Part shown: positions 1 through 10,274 of the stretch, in pieces | Layout of the letters: each line of letters opens with the position of its first letter | Numbering within the stretch: the first letter of the stretch is position 1 | Source of the DNA: an uncultured Candidatus Saccharibacteria bacterium | GTDB taxonomy: Bacteria > Patescibacteriota > Dojkabacteria > J137 | Reading direction: 5' to 3' | DNA: 64,000 nt | NCBI GenBank assembly: GCA_965230975.1 | Contig: OZ246402.1 | Location: forward strand, 165,771-229,770 | The notes under the pieces: generated by a model | Database searches by the model: none | The model's input: the letters and a program-made list of their open reading frames with translations, nothing else | Told to the model about the DNA's origin: nothing | Translations under genes and position numbers: made by a program

Positions 1-464
1 TTCCCGTTTTCTCTTGGTAAAAATCCTAAAAATATAAAACTATCAGTTGGAAGGCCCGAAATAACTAAGGCTGTATCTACGGCTGTGGCACTAGGAATTA
101 CATCTATCTCTACTTTATTTGCATGCAAATCCCTAATTAGTTTAAACCCTGGGTCTGAGATTGCCGGCATTCCTGCGTCGCTAACTAAAATAATATTTTT
201 ACCCTCTTGAATAAATCTTAAAATTTCAGGTAGGGATCTATCGTGATTTTGATCTCTGTAAGAAAATATTTTTTGCTCGCGATTGAGGTCTAATTGCAAA
301 CTTGTAATTATTGAATCAAACCTCTCTTTTAAAATTGATTTTATTTTAAAAACGTTTCTTGTATCTTCTGCCAATATAATATCTGCCTCAAACAGGGCCT
401 TTAATTGCCTAATAGATATATCTTCAATGTTGCCAAGTGGAAGCCCCACTACTGTTAATTTCAT
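1..464 (-). CDS. rsmI: 16S rRNA (cytidine1402-2'-O)-methyltransferase, 5' part (runs off window start)
   Basis: Manual minus-strand translation from ATG at 464: MKLTVVGLPLGNIEDISIRQLKALFEADIILAEDTR...LVSDAGMPAISDPG...SGLPTDSFIFLGFLP, the RsmI signatures. ATGA overlap with the upstream gene stop. Confidence 0.92.
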   Translation of the reverse strand, partial: MKLTVVGLPLGNIEDISIRQLKALFEADIILAEDTRNVFKIKSILKERFDSIITSLQLDLNREQKIFSYRDQNHDRSLPEILRFIQEGKNIILVSDAGMPAISDPGFKLIRDLHANKVEIDVIPSATAVDTALVISGLPTDSFIFLGFLPRENG

Positions 465-907
465 AGTGAAAACTCACTTTCTTTTATCTTCATACTATTG
501 TTGAAGTATTTAATATATTTTGGAGTTATTTTATAAAATGCGCTTGTAAAAGCTATTTGTAAAATCTCTTTTGGGTCTAATTTGGTAGTTGGAAATTTGT
601 TTTTGAAAATACGATACGCTTCTTTAATTTCTAGGGGATTACTTACTATCTTGCAAGTTCCTGAAATTTGTACTCCAACCTTTACTGCCTCAGGGTCGCT
701 ATTATGGTCATAAATAGCTACGGAGACATTCGGATTTATATTTATTATTTGCGAATGCTTTGAATCTTTTTTTGAGATAAAGTAAAGATTTAAATTTTCA
801 TCTTCTGCGAAATTTAAAGTAGACACCCAAGGAATGTTGTTTTGAGATACAGATAAAACTAATACATTTTTATTCTTAAAAAAGAAAGAAAGATCTTCTT
901 TGGTCAT
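461..907 (-). CDS. pyridoxamine 5'-phosphate oxidase-like (split-barrel flavin-binding) protein
   Basis: LYFISKKDSKHSQIININPNVSVAI and GVQISG motifs of the PNPOx/YhbP-like family. Confidence 0.75.
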   Translation of the reverse strand: MTKEDLSFFFKNKNVLVLSVSQNNIPWVSTLNFAEDENLNLYFISKKDSKHSQIININPNVSVAIYDHNSDPEAVKVGVQISGTCKIVSNPLEIKEAYRIFKNKFPTTKLDPKEILQIAFTSAFYKITPKYIKYFNNSMKIKESEFSL

Positions 908-920
908 AGATTATTATATA

Positions 921-2135
921 TTACTTTGAAGTAACTTCGCCTACCATCTTTAAATAAGATGGCATAACTCCGTCCCAGGTAAAGTTAACTGATCGTTTTA
1001 AGTTTTCTTCTCTTATTTTTTGTCTTAAATCGTATTTTGTAATTAATTTAAACAAAATATCTTCTAGAGCGTCTACATCTGCAAAGTTATAACTATAGCC
1101 TGTAACTCCCTCTTCTATTATTAAATCAAGGGCATCATTTTGTTTTGTAGATATTACAACATTACCTTTTGCCATAGCCTCTAGCAATACTATTCCAGTT
1201 CCTTCCCATTTGCTAGGTAGCACATTAATTTGAGATTCTTCGTAAAGAATTCTATCTCTTTCTTCGTCAGATGGAGAATATATTAATTCCGCAGTATCAT
1301 GAGCCTCTAGTTTTTCAATTAAGTCTTTAAGCTTTTCTGTGTAATTCCCTGCTCTACCCAAAATTTTAACCTCAAAGTCTGGAGTTATTTGAGGATTTTC
1401 CTCTTTAAACTTTTTATATTTATTACTCTTCTTTAATGAGTCTGCGGCAGAAATTAAATCTTGGGCACCTTTATACCACTCCATTCTTCCAATAAACGTG
1501 ATTACAATCTTGTCTAAAACAGAATGTGGGTAAACTTCTTTTTCAATCATGCTGGAGTCAATTCCATTTGGAACCAAGAAGATTTTGTTCAAATCAAAAT
1601 TGTATTCAAATGTCATCCACTTGGATTGTTCAGATGTTACCTGCACAACACCATCGTATAAGTTGTTTAAGTAAAGTCTTAAAAACAAGGTTCCATATTT
1701 TTTTGCCATTCCTCTGATTCCAGATTTATCATTTAATGCCATGAATGGACCATGAAGTGTAACTATGGATTTTGTTTTTCTAAACCTAAATAATTTTGTG
1801 AATAATAAACACATCTCTCTCCAAAAGAAGCCAATTCCATGAGAATGAATTAAATCAAATTTGTTTGTAAGCAAATATTTTAATAATCCGGGGTAAAAAC
1901 CTGCATATAAGGCATCACTCCATGCATGAATTCTAACAACCTTCATACCATCTACCATCTCTTCTTTGGGAAGCTGTTCGTTTCTGTATTTAACATCTGT
2001 TGTGATAATTGTAACTTCGTGGCCAAGCTTGGCCATTCTGCTTGCAATTGCATAGCAATTGATCTCTGTTCCACCTTTAAAAGGGTAAAAACGAGGAATC
2101 ACATAAGCTATTTTTAGTTTCTTATCTTCTAACAT
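921..2135 (-). CDS. glycosyltransferase family 4 (GT-B)
   Basis: FYPFKGGTE, VPNGID, FIGRMEWYKG, EGTGIVLLEAMAKG. Start moved from TTG 2153 to ATG 2135 because TATAAT lies 7 nt upstream of it. Confidence 0.9.
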   Translation of the reverse strand: MLEDKKLKIAYVIPRFYPFKGGTEINCYAIASRMAKLGHEVTIITTDVKYRNEQLPKEEMVDGMKVVRIHAWSDALYAGFYPGLLKYLLTNKFDLIHSHGIGFFWREMCLLFTKLFRFRKTKSIVTLHGPFMALNDKSGIRGMAKKYGTLFLRLYLNNLYDGVVQVTSEQSKWMTFEYNFDLNKIFLVPNGIDSSMIEKEVYPHSVLDKIVITFIGRMEWYKGAQDLISAADSLKKSNKYKKFKEENPQITPDFEVKILGRAGNYTEKLKDLIEKLEAHDTAELIYSPSDEERDRILYEESQINVLPSKWEGTGIVLLEAMAKGNVVISTKQNDALDLIIEEGVTGYSYNFADVDALEDILFKLITKYDLRQKIREENLKRSVNFTWDGVMPSYLKMVGEVTSK

Positions 2136-2177
2136 GTAATTGATTATACTCAAAAATGAATATAATTGAAAATTTAG

Positions 2178-4766
2178 TTAATTTGCAAAATCAATCTTGT
2201 TTCTAAATTTAATAATCTCTTCAAGTATTGGGAAAAACAAAGAGCTTACAAAAATCGTTGCCAGCAGTTCTAAAGGCAATATTACCATCTTAAAGAAATC
2301 TCCAAATACATAAACAATAACTCCCCATGCTATAAGTGCAAAAATGGCAGATATTAAATTAAATTTATTACTAAAAATTCCGTATGAGAATACAGATTCT
2401 TTAAAGCTTCTTGCTGTAATAACTCTAAACATGTTGTGAAATATGTATGCGGTAAAAGTTGCTGTTTGTGCAAAAACGACCCCGTTTGGTAGTGTTAAAT
2501 AAAAAACAGCAAACAGATAAATGCTTGTAAAAAAACCTTGAATAAATATGCTTCTCCACATCATTTTGTTAATAATACCCTCGCTCTTTTTTCGGGGTTT
2601 TTCACTTAAAATATCCGCCGGTTCCTTTTCAATTGCCATTGACATTGCAGGTGCTGCATCTGTAAGCAGGTTAATTAAAAGTAACCCAATTGGTGTAAGA
2701 GGAACCGGTGTTCCAGTAGCAAAACTTAAAAGAAAAACCCCAACTTGGCAAATGTTTCCGCTTAATAAAAAATGAAGGTATAGTCTTGTTCTATAAATTA
2801 TTACCCTACCAACTTTTACCGCATTCCCTAAAGCGCTGTAATCTCCGGTTACAACTACATCTGCCGCATCTTTAACAATATCCGTGGCGTTAACGACCGC
2901 AATGCCAACGTCTGACTTAGAAATCGCTACGGCGTCGTTAACGCCATCTCCAGCCATAGCAATGCTTTTGTTTCCTTCTTGAAATATATCAATTAGCATG
3001 TTTTTGTGTTGTGGGGTAACTCTTGCAAAAACTGAACAATTTACAATATCTTGCAAATTTAAGTCACCTTTTTTATTTATGTAATTTTCTAACTCTTCTC
3101 CAGTTATAACTCTTTGTGTTGTGTCATTTATAATCCCGGCTTGTTTGGCGATTGTTCTTGCAATTTCTTTATGGTCGCCGGTTATCATAATTGGTCTTAT
3201 TCCCGATCTTATTAGATTTTGAACTGTATCAAATACTTCATCACGAATAGGATCTATTAATGCTATTAATGCAACAAATACCAGTTTGGATTCATCTATG
3301 TCTCTAACTCCAGGTTTGTGATTTTCACTAAATTCTCTTACAGCTAAAGACAACACTCTGTAACCTTGAGATGCTAATTCTTCAAATTGATTTAATATTA
3401 CCCCTTGGTATTGTTGGGTTAAGTTTTTTATTTTGTGATCTATAGGGTCAAGATATTCTGTGCATAAAGGAATCATTAAATCTGGTGCACCTTTTGAGTA
3501 ACCAACAAGTTTAGATCCTTTTTTATTAATTACCATCATTCTTTTTACACTACTAGAAAACCTATGTTCGTGAACTCTATCTCCAATATCGAACTCAAAC
3601 TCTTTTGATTTTAAAAACTTAATTAAAGCATCTTCTGTGGCACCTTTTTGGTTATTACAATAGTTTATAATTTCTAAAACTTTCTGCTCTGTTTTGTTAT
3701 TAGGATTAAAATCGTTTGCTTTAATTTCTTTTCCAAACACCCAGATTTTTGATAGTGTCATTTTGCCCGTAGTGATAGTACCGGTTTTGTCAGTAGCCAA
3801 AACAGATACTGACCCTAGACCTTCTGCTGCTATTAATCTTTTTATTATTACATTCTGTCTAACCATTTCTCTAACTCCAATTGCCAATGTGACAGTCATT
3901 ACAGCACTTAAGCCTTCTGGTACAAATGCGATTGCCAAAGAAAGTGATTGAATCAAAGACTCTGTGATTGTTTGCCCTCTAATTACTCCAAAAACTAAAA
4001 CCAAAAAGCTTACCCCTAGAGTTAAAAACAATATTATTTTGCTCAACTTTTCAAGTTGATGTTGCAAAGGTGTTTGTTTATTTTCAGATTCTGCAAGCTT
4101 TTCTGCAATTCTCCCAAGCTCTGTTCTTTGTGCTGTATTTACTACCACTGCTTTGCCGTTTCCTTCAACAACAAATGTACCGCTAAAAACCATGTTTTTT
4201 TGATCTCCAATAGATAGGTTTTCCTCTTTTAAAACTGCTATATCTTTTGAAACAGAAACGGATTCTCCGGTTAGAATACTTTCATCTGTTTGCAGTTCGT
4301 TTTCTTCTACTACTCTTGCATCTGCCGGGATTTTGTCTCCCTCATGCAAATAGATTAAATCACCTGGAACTATTTGAGATATATCTACAACTATTTTCTT
4401 TCCTTCTCTTATTACGGTAGCTTCCAGCGAGGTTAGTTTTTTTAATTTTTCTAAAGCATTACCGGCTGTGTTTTCTAACACAACACCAATCAAAGACATA
4501 AATAATACTATTGAGATTATTAAAATGGATTCGATTGTTTCTCCGGTTAAGCCTGCAATTATTGCTGTCCCAATAAGTAATAAAACGATTGGATTTTTTA
4601 TTTGGTCTATAAAAAGTTTAAAAATTCCATCTCTCTCTTTAATCTCTATCTTATTTTCTCCATATTCTTTTAATCTTAAGCTAGCTTCTTGATTGGTTAA
4701 TCCATTCTCTAAATCAGTCTTTAAACTTGTAGCGATTTCTTGAGGTGATAGGTTGAATCCGGTCAT
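2178..4766 (-). CDS. cation-transporting P-type ATPase (type II, Ca2+-like)
   Basis: TGES, PEGL, DKTGT phosphorylation motif, KGAP, TGD, GDGVNDA, and multiple TM helices. Confidence 0.93.
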   Translation of the reverse strand: MTGFNLSPQEIATSLKTDLENGLTNQEASLRLKEYGENKIEIKERDGIFKLFIDQIKNPIVLLLIGTAIIAGLTGETIESILIISIVLFMSLIGVVLENTAGNALEKLKKLTSLEATVIREGKKIVVDISQIVPGDLIYLHEGDKIPADARVVEENELQTDESILTGESVSVSKDIAVLKEENLSIGDQKNMVFSGTFVVEGNGKAVVVNTAQRTELGRIAEKLAESENKQTPLQHQLEKLSKIILFLTLGVSFLVLVFGVIRGQTITESLIQSLSLAIAFVPEGLSAVMTVTLAIGVREMVRQNVIIKRLIAAEGLGSVSVLATDKTGTITTGKMTLSKIWVFGKEIKANDFNPNNKTEQKVLEIINYCNNQKGATEDALIKFLKSKEFEFDIGDRVHEHRFSSSVKRMMVINKKGSKLVGYSKGAPDLMIPLCTEYLDPIDHKIKNLTQQYQGVILNQFEELASQGYRVLSLAVREFSENHKPGVRDIDESKLVFVALIALIDPIRDEVFDTVQNLIRSGIRPIMITGDHKEIARTIAKQAGIINDTTQRVITGEELENYINKKGDLNLQDIVNCSVFARVTPQHKNMLIDIFQEGNKSIAMAGDGVNDAVAISKSDVGIAVVNATDIVKDAADVVVTGDYSALGNAVKVGRVIIYRTRLYLHFLLSGNICQVGVFLLSFATGTPVPLTPIGLLLINLLTDAAPAMSMAIEKEPADILSEKPRKKSEGIINKMMWRSIFIQGFFTSIYLFAVFYLTLPNGVVFAQTATFTAYIFHNMFRVITARSFKESVFSYGIFSNKFNLISAIFALIAWGVIVYVFGDFFKMVILPLELLATIFVSSLFFPILEEIIKFRNKIDFAN

Positions 4767-5605
4767 GTTTGTAAATACTTAATAAAAAAGTTGTAAATGT
4801 CTATAACGTTAGAAGGTTGGTTTTGTAAACCTCTCTTTCCTTCGGGAGATAAAAATGGTGAATCTGTTTCAAAATAGATCCCCTTTTTGTAAAAATCGAT
4901 AGGGCTGTAGTCAAAAGATACTTTGCCTAAAATTTGTTTATAAACTTCTCTTAGTTGGCTTGCATTTTTAAAGGTCACTATACCATTTACCCCCAGGCTC
5001 CAACCCGAATCTAAAATTGCTTTTGCAGTATTATAATCTCCGGTATAAGAATGAAAAATTCCTTTGCAGTTATAGCTTTTTACAATTTCTAAGCACTCTT
5101 TTTCTGCCCACCTAGAGTGAATAGAAAGTGGCATATTATATTCTTGAGCTAGTCCTAGGTGTTTATTAAAAAGTACTCTTTGAAGGTGTTTGCTTCTCTC
5201 TTTTGTTTGGCTATCTAACTCACTTTGTTCAAAGTGATAGTAATCCATTCCGGTTTCCCCAATGCCATAAACCAATTCTTTATTTAAATCGATTAATTCT
5301 TTCAACTTTTGTATTTGATCTTCTACCCACTCCTCTTTATTTTCTAAACCAACAAATAAAGTTGATCCAGGTTCAAAAACTTCGGGGTCAATCCCAACAA
5401 ATGCTTTTAAATAGCTATTTGAGGATTTTGCCTGTTGAATCACTTTGATAGACGAATCTAAATCTATGCCCATGTTTAAAACTTCACTCAAACCAACTTT
5501 TTTAGCGTTTTCGATTGAATTAGTCATGTCACTGTCTGAAAAGTATGCTAAATGGGCATGTGAATCAAAGAGGGTATGTATTTTTAGGGTCTCAAAAAGT
5601 GTCAT
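4763..5605 (-). CDS. tatD: TatD family deoxyribonuclease
   Basis: DSHAHL, GIGETGMDY, IHSR, FHSYTG, ETDSPFL. Confidence 0.9.
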   Translation of the reverse strand: MTLFETLKIHTLFDSHAHLAYFSDSDMTNSIENAKKVGLSEVLNMGIDLDSSIKVIQQAKSSNSYLKAFVGIDPEVFEPGSTLFVGLENKEEWVEDQIQKLKELIDLNKELVYGIGETGMDYYHFEQSELDSQTKERSKHLQRVLFNKHLGLAQEYNMPLSIHSRWAEKECLEIVKSYNCKGIFHSYTGDYNTAKAILDSGWSLGVNGIVTFKNASQLREVYKQILGKVSFDYSPIDFYKKGIYFETDSPFLSPEGKRGLQNQPSNVIDIYNFFIKYLQT

Positions 5606-5782
5606 TTTGAAATTATATCTTAAAAATATATTCTCATGTTTAATTAATGCACTTAACTTGCCCTTTTTATTTTAGTATAATAAAGTTTGAGTTTAGTAAA
5701 ACCCAAAGTGGTCATTGAATAAAGCGCTTTGCTCTGGTAAAATCAGGGCACTCAGAACAATATTAATTTAGTACAAAAAGAA

Positions 5783-6046
5783 ATGGCAAATACAAGTTCC
5801 GCTAAAAAAGCAATTAGAGTAGCAGCAAGAAAAACTGTAATTAACTTAAGACACAAAAGATCTTATAAAGAAGCAAGAAAAGCAGTCTTAGATGCAGTTG
5901 TAGCTAAAGATAAAAAAGAAGCTACTTCTCTTTTACCAAAAGCATATAAAGAAATAGATAAAGCTGCAAAAACCAAAGTTATTCATAAAAATACAGCTGC
6001 AAGGTATAAATCAGGCCTTACAAAAAGAGTAAATGCATTAGCTTAA
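5783..6046 (+). CDS. rpsT: 30S ribosomal protein S20
   Basis: MANTSSAKKAIR...IDKAAKTKVIHKNTAARYKS. Confidence 0.97.
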   Translation: MANTSSAKKAIRVAARKTVINLRHKRSYKEARKAVLDAVVAKDKKEATSLLPKAYKEIDKAAKTKVIHKNTAARYKSGLTKRVNALA

Positions 6047-6059
6047 TGCATAATTTTTT

Positions 6060-6611
6060 ATGTCAAAATCTTTTATAAAACTTTTAGACAATGCATTGCT
6101 ACCTGCTAGCTTAATGCTTGTATCTAAGTTTGTTGGCATATTCTTTATCATCAGATTTTTCAATTTAGATTGGGTAGTTCAGCAAACTCCTAATAACTTT
6201 TTATCATTTCAAACAGTATTGTCTGCTCAAAATGTAGTTTTAGTTACTTCGTACTCAGATTTAATTATGTTTTGTGCAATTGCCTTGGGTTTTACTATTA
6301 ATTTGTTAAAGGCAATTTTTTTGCATAATTCTCACATTAGTCCTCAAATGCTTAATAGGCTTGCCAATAGAAATCTGCTATCGTTAATTAAAAATTCATA
6401 TGAGATTTACCACTCTGCTTCGGTTTGGTTGTTCTTTTTGTGGGTTGCTGTAGCTATTGTTATTACAAATACTTTAAATAATGCAATTTATAGTTGGGTT
6501 GGTTTGGCTACTTTGCTTGTTAGTATTTTGTTAACGATTGTATTCTTTCAAGATGTTTATAAGGAAATTGAAAACGCAAGACTTCACCCAGGAAAATATT
6601 TAAATCAATGA
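6060..6611 (+). CDS. hypothetical membrane protein (about 4 TM)
   Basis: 183-aa ORF with hydrophobic segments, directly after rpsT. Confidence 0.7.
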   Translation: MSKSFIKLLDNALLPASLMLVSKFVGIFFIIRFFNLDWVVQQTPNNFLSFQTVLSAQNVVLVTSYSDLIMFCAIALGFTINLLKAIFLHNSHISPQMLNRLANRNLLSLIKNSYEIYHSASVWLFFLWVAVAIVITNTLNNAIYSWVGLATLLVSILLTIVFFQDVYKEIENARLHPGKYLNQ

Positions 6612-6967
6612 GTTCGCAAACTCCCTTATTAGAGACCTCTTCTCATCACGCAAGGTTTGTTATTTCTAATCAAGATAAGTATTTTTTTGCTGCTTATTGG
6701 CATTTAATGGATTTGGTAGAGATAGGTAATATGGATTTAATAACGAATGCATTAAAAGAGATTAATAAATCTATTGAAAGTGTTGGAGTGCTAAGTTTAG
6801 ATTCTTCTTCTATAAAATGGATGGAGTATATTTTAAGTTTTATAGGTGGTTTTGCACAGGATTTAAATTCCAGATATTTTTTGTCTCAAAAAGCAGATTT
6901 GATGGCGCAATTAGAGATGTTAGAATTGCTATATAAGCTTGCTAGTAAATCTTTCACAGAAATTTAG
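6608..6967 (+). CDS. hypothetical protein
   Basis: 119-aa ORF with ATGA overlap with the previous gene. Confidence 0.6.
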   Translation: MSSQTPLLETSSHHARFVISNQDKYFFAAYWHLMDLVEIGNMDLITNALKEINKSIESVGVLSLDSSSIKWMEYILSFIGGFAQDLNSRYFLSQKADLMAQLEMLELLYKLASKSFTEI

Positions 6968-7003
6968 ATATTTCATTCTAATCTTGTTCTAGTTTGCGAA
7001 ATA

Positions 7004-7480
7004 ATGTATGCTAGAAGCATGATAGCTTTAATACGAGATTTACCGTTACCAGAACTTTTAGGTATTGATGATTTACCTAAAGAAGATTTAGACTCAGTTA
7101 TGGGTGAGTTTGGAGAGATTTTAGTAGAGCTTTTGTTAAATAGGCTTGAAGAAAATCCTTTATGGTCTGATGAGCAAAAGAAAGATGCTAGTGATTTTAT
7201 TAATGCAAATATTGGTAAAGATAATTTTTTTGATTTGTTAAAGCAAAAATACCCAGATTTAGATTCTATGTTTGATAGTGAAACTTACATGTTTAAAAAG
7301 AACGTATTGTTAGAGCAAATAGAACAAGATAAGGATTTTGAGTTTGATAATTTAACAGAAGAAGATAAATCAGATTGGTTAGATATTTTAAATAATTTGA
7401 AAGATGTAATTGAAAAGGATAACGAATACGAATTTGAAGTTTCGTGGATGGAATATTTAGATTTTAAGAGTAATAAGTAA
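7004..7480 (+). CDS. hypothetical acidic helical protein
   Basis: 158-aa D/E-rich ORF; the true start may be the second Met (MIALIR). Confidence 0.6.
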   Translation: MYARSMIALIRDLPLPELLGIDDLPKEDLDSVMGEFGEILVELLLNRLEENPLWSDEQKKDASDFINANIGKDNFFDLLKQKYPDLDSMFDSETYMFKKNVLLEQIEQDKDFEFDNLTEEDKSDWLDILNNLKDVIEKDNEYEFEVSWMEYLDFKSNK

Positions 7481-7481
7481 G

Positions 7482-8666
7482 ATGGATAATGGAGCTTTAG
7501 ATACAACTAATCCTAGTGAAAATACAAGGCCAACTCGGCCATTAGTTGAAACACTTGCAGAAGCTACTATTCCTAATGATGAGTTTCCATTCCCTTTCGA
7601 CGAGGAAAATATTCCAGCACAGCCCATATCTAGTCAGGTTGAGGAAGCTCCCAATAATGTAAAGACGAAGGTAAGGCGGTTAGATTCATTTATGCTGAGA
7701 GTAGATAAAATGGCTAATAAAGTAAACAGAAGAATAGATCAGGTACAAAAAGCAAGATATGAGCGTATGCTACGAAATGCAAGGAATAGACTTAGCGATG
7801 ATAGGGCTGGACAAGAAAGACGCATGGAGTCAAGATTTATAGGTAGATTTACATCTGCAAATCGGAAAATGGATGCGGACTTAAAGTTGGCAAATAAAGA
7901 AATGAGGAAAGTGGAAAAATCCGCAATTAGAACTGGTGATGCTTTAAACCGAAAGGTTGGGGAATACAATAGTAGAATGCCACAAAATCTTCAGCCTTTA
8001 ACAATTATTGAGCCTGGCGAACCAGAAGCTATTAGGAACTCAAAGTTACAAAATATATTGAATACGGCTGAACAATTACACGGGTTTGATGATATTACAG
8101 CAACAGAATTGACTAACCTTGTTAATGATTTAAAGGCACAAACTTATGCCTATGGTGTGGCAAGAGATAAACGAGATAGAGCTTATGAACCACATAGATA
8201 CTTGGGAACCAATAACTCAAGAAGACAGCAGGATAGAATAATTGAATCTGATCAAAACATCTCCAGCGCACAGAGAAATCTAGACTTTTATGATAGAAAA
8301 GAGCAAGCACTTGAACAAAGGATGGGAGGATTAAATACTTCCTTGGAGCCTGCGGTTGGTAGAAGGGTTGCAAGTCAGCCGGAATATGTAGGAGAGGCAA
8401 CTGTGACTTCACTTCCAGTGACCCGGGAAGCTGGTAGTGCGAAGCCTGATACTGTACAAGAAATCCCCCCGTCCGATTTATCCCCCCGCTCAATCGAGAT
8501 ATTGGATATCTATTCTAGAGTAGTGCCTTTTTTACAAAAGGGCATACCTCAGGACATAGCCATAGAAATGGCTATAAAAAAAATACCATCTGACCAAGCA
8601 GATCTGATTAAAGCTATCGTAGAGGTGTTAAAAGCAAGTGGTTCCAATATCACAAATGCAAATTAA
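7482..8666 (+). CDS. hypothetical protein with long Arg-rich coiled coil and disordered ends
   Basis: 394-aa ORF starting 1 nt after the previous stop; no recognised motif. Confidence 0.65.
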   Translation: MDNGALDTTNPSENTRPTRPLVETLAEATIPNDEFPFPFDEENIPAQPISSQVEEAPNNVKTKVRRLDSFMLRVDKMANKVNRRIDQVQKARYERMLRNARNRLSDDRAGQERRMESRFIGRFTSANRKMDADLKLANKEMRKVEKSAIRTGDALNRKVGEYNSRMPQNLQPLTIIEPGEPEAIRNSKLQNILNTAEQLHGFDDITATELTNLVNDLKAQTYAYGVARDKRDRAYEPHRYLGTNNSRRQQDRIIESDQNISSAQRNLDFYDRKEQALEQRMGGLNTSLEPAVGRRVASQPEYVGEATVTSLPVTREAGSAKPDTVQEIPPSDLSPRSIEILDIYSRVVPFLQKGIPQDIAIEMAIKKIPSDQADLIKAIVEVLKASGSNITNAN

Positions 8667-8799
8667 TATTATATAATCACTCCAAATGACAAACTTTAAC
8701 ACTACTCTATTCACAACCATCTACTTCTATTGACGCCAGTTATCTGGTCGCGTTTCTCTTTTTGTGCTGATATAATTACATAATTCTTAATACACATTT

Positions 8800-10269
8800 A
8801 TGACTCTTACTAAAGAAAAAGTTTTAGAACTTTTATCAAATATTAAAATTGCTAAAGTAGTTTCGTTTTTTAAAAATGAAAACTCTGACCATCTGTTGGT
8901 GGTTAAAATCCTTACTGAAGAAGGTGAGAAACAGATTGTTACTGGCGCAGACAATTTTAAAGAAGGAGATTTAGTTCCATACCTTGGTGTTGGTTTTGTT
9001 GTTCCAGGTTTTTTATTTAAAGGTGATGAGGTTACTTTAGAAGCTAGAAAACTTAGAGGTTACGATTCTTTTGGTATGATTTTAGCAGAAGATGAAATTG
9101 GTTTAAGTGAAGATCACGAAGGTATTATGGTTGTTCAAGGTTCAGATGAATTGATTGGCAAATCAATAATAGATGTTTTAACTGAAGATCAAATTGCAAA
9201 TGTATTAAAAAATGCTGGAGTTGTAGAACTGACACCAGAGATCAAATCAAAAGTGGATTTAATAACAAGAGAATTACAAGAATTCGTAGGTGTAGAAGAT
9301 ATGCCAGCAATTTTAGCAGAAAGATCTTTAAAGATTTACTGGGGAACTGCACCTACTGGAAAGCCCCACTTAGCATATTTTGTACCAATGATGAAAATAG
9401 CAGACTTATTGCAAGCGGGTTGTGAAGTCACAATTCTTTTTGCAAATATACATGCATTTTTAGATAACATGAAATCAACATGGGAGCTATTAGAATACAG
9501 AACTCAATACTACCAATTAATAATTACAGAGATATTAAAAACAGTTAACGTACCAGTAGATAAACTGAAATTTGTTGTAGGAAGGGATTATCAATTAAAA
9601 GAAGATTACACCTTAGATGTATATAAAGTTGCAGCATTAGCATCTTTAAGGGATGTGCAAAAAGCAGGTGCAGAAGTAGTAAAACAGGTAGAAAGCCCGT
9701 TATTAAGTGGAATGCTTTACCCTATCTTGCAAGCTTTAGATGAAGAATATCTTGAAGCTGATGCTCAGCTTGGAGGTGAAGATCAACGAAAAATATTTAT
9801 GTTTGCAAGAGAATACCTTCCAAAGATAGGTTACAAAAAAAGAATACATTTAATGAACTACTTAATTCCAGGGTTAGGCAAATCAGGCAAAATGTCTTCT
9901 AGTGAGCCTAATTCAAAAATTGATCTAGATGATTCAGATGAGATTATCAAGGATAAAATTCAAAAAGCCTACTCTTTAGATAGGCAAGTAGAAGGAAATG
10001 GTTTATTAGCGGTACTAAGATTTATTATCTTTAGGAAGTTAGAGTCACAAGAAAGAAGCTTAAAGATCTCAAGACCTGAAAAATGGGGAGGCGATGTTGA
10101 ATATGCAAATTACAAAGACTTGGAAAATGATTTTGCTGAAGGTAAGTTATCTTCTGTGGATTTGAAACCAATAGTTGCGCAAGAGATAATAAGCTTAATA
10201 AGCGGTATTAGGGAGACAATAAAAAATAATGCTGATTTACTAAACAAGGCTTACCCAAAAAATAATTAA
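8800..10269 (+). CDS. tyrS: tyrosine--tRNA ligase, archaeal/eukaryotic type, with N-terminal tRNA-binding OB-fold (Trbp111/PheT-B2/EMAPII-like) domain
   Basis: YWGTAPTGKPHLAY, YPILQALDEEYL, QLGGEDQRKIF, KMSSS. The N-terminal QIVTGADN...RKLRGYDSFGMILAEDEIGL is an OB tRNA-binding motif. Confidence 0.93.
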   Translation: MTLTKEKVLELLSNIKIAKVVSFFKNENSDHLLVVKILTEEGEKQIVTGADNFKEGDLVPYLGVGFVVPGFLFKGDEVTLEARKLRGYDSFGMILAEDEIGLSEDHEGIMVVQGSDELIGKSIIDVLTEDQIANVLKNAGVVELTPEIKSKVDLITRELQEFVGVEDMPAILAERSLKIYWGTAPTGKPHLAYFVPMMKIADLLQAGCEVTILFANIHAFLDNMKSTWELLEYRTQYYQLIITEILKTVNVPVDKLKFVVGRDYQLKEDYTLDVYKVAALASLRDVQKAGAEVVKQVESPLLSGMLYPILQALDEEYLEADAQLGGEDQRKIFMFAREYLPKIGYKKRIHLMNYLIPGLGKSGKMSSSEPNSKIDLDDSDEIIKDKIQKAYSLDRQVEGNGLLAVLRFIIFRKLESQERSLKISRPEKWGGDVEYANYKDLENDFAEGKLSSVDLKPIVAQEIISLISGIRETIKNNADLLNKAYPKNN

Positions 10270-10274
10270 TTATC

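Noticed and set aside
8667-8799. T-box or attenuator upstream of tyrS, looked for by analogy with valS and trpS
   Set aside because: No TGGNACC motif or leader ORF; only a TGaTATAAT promoter close to the start
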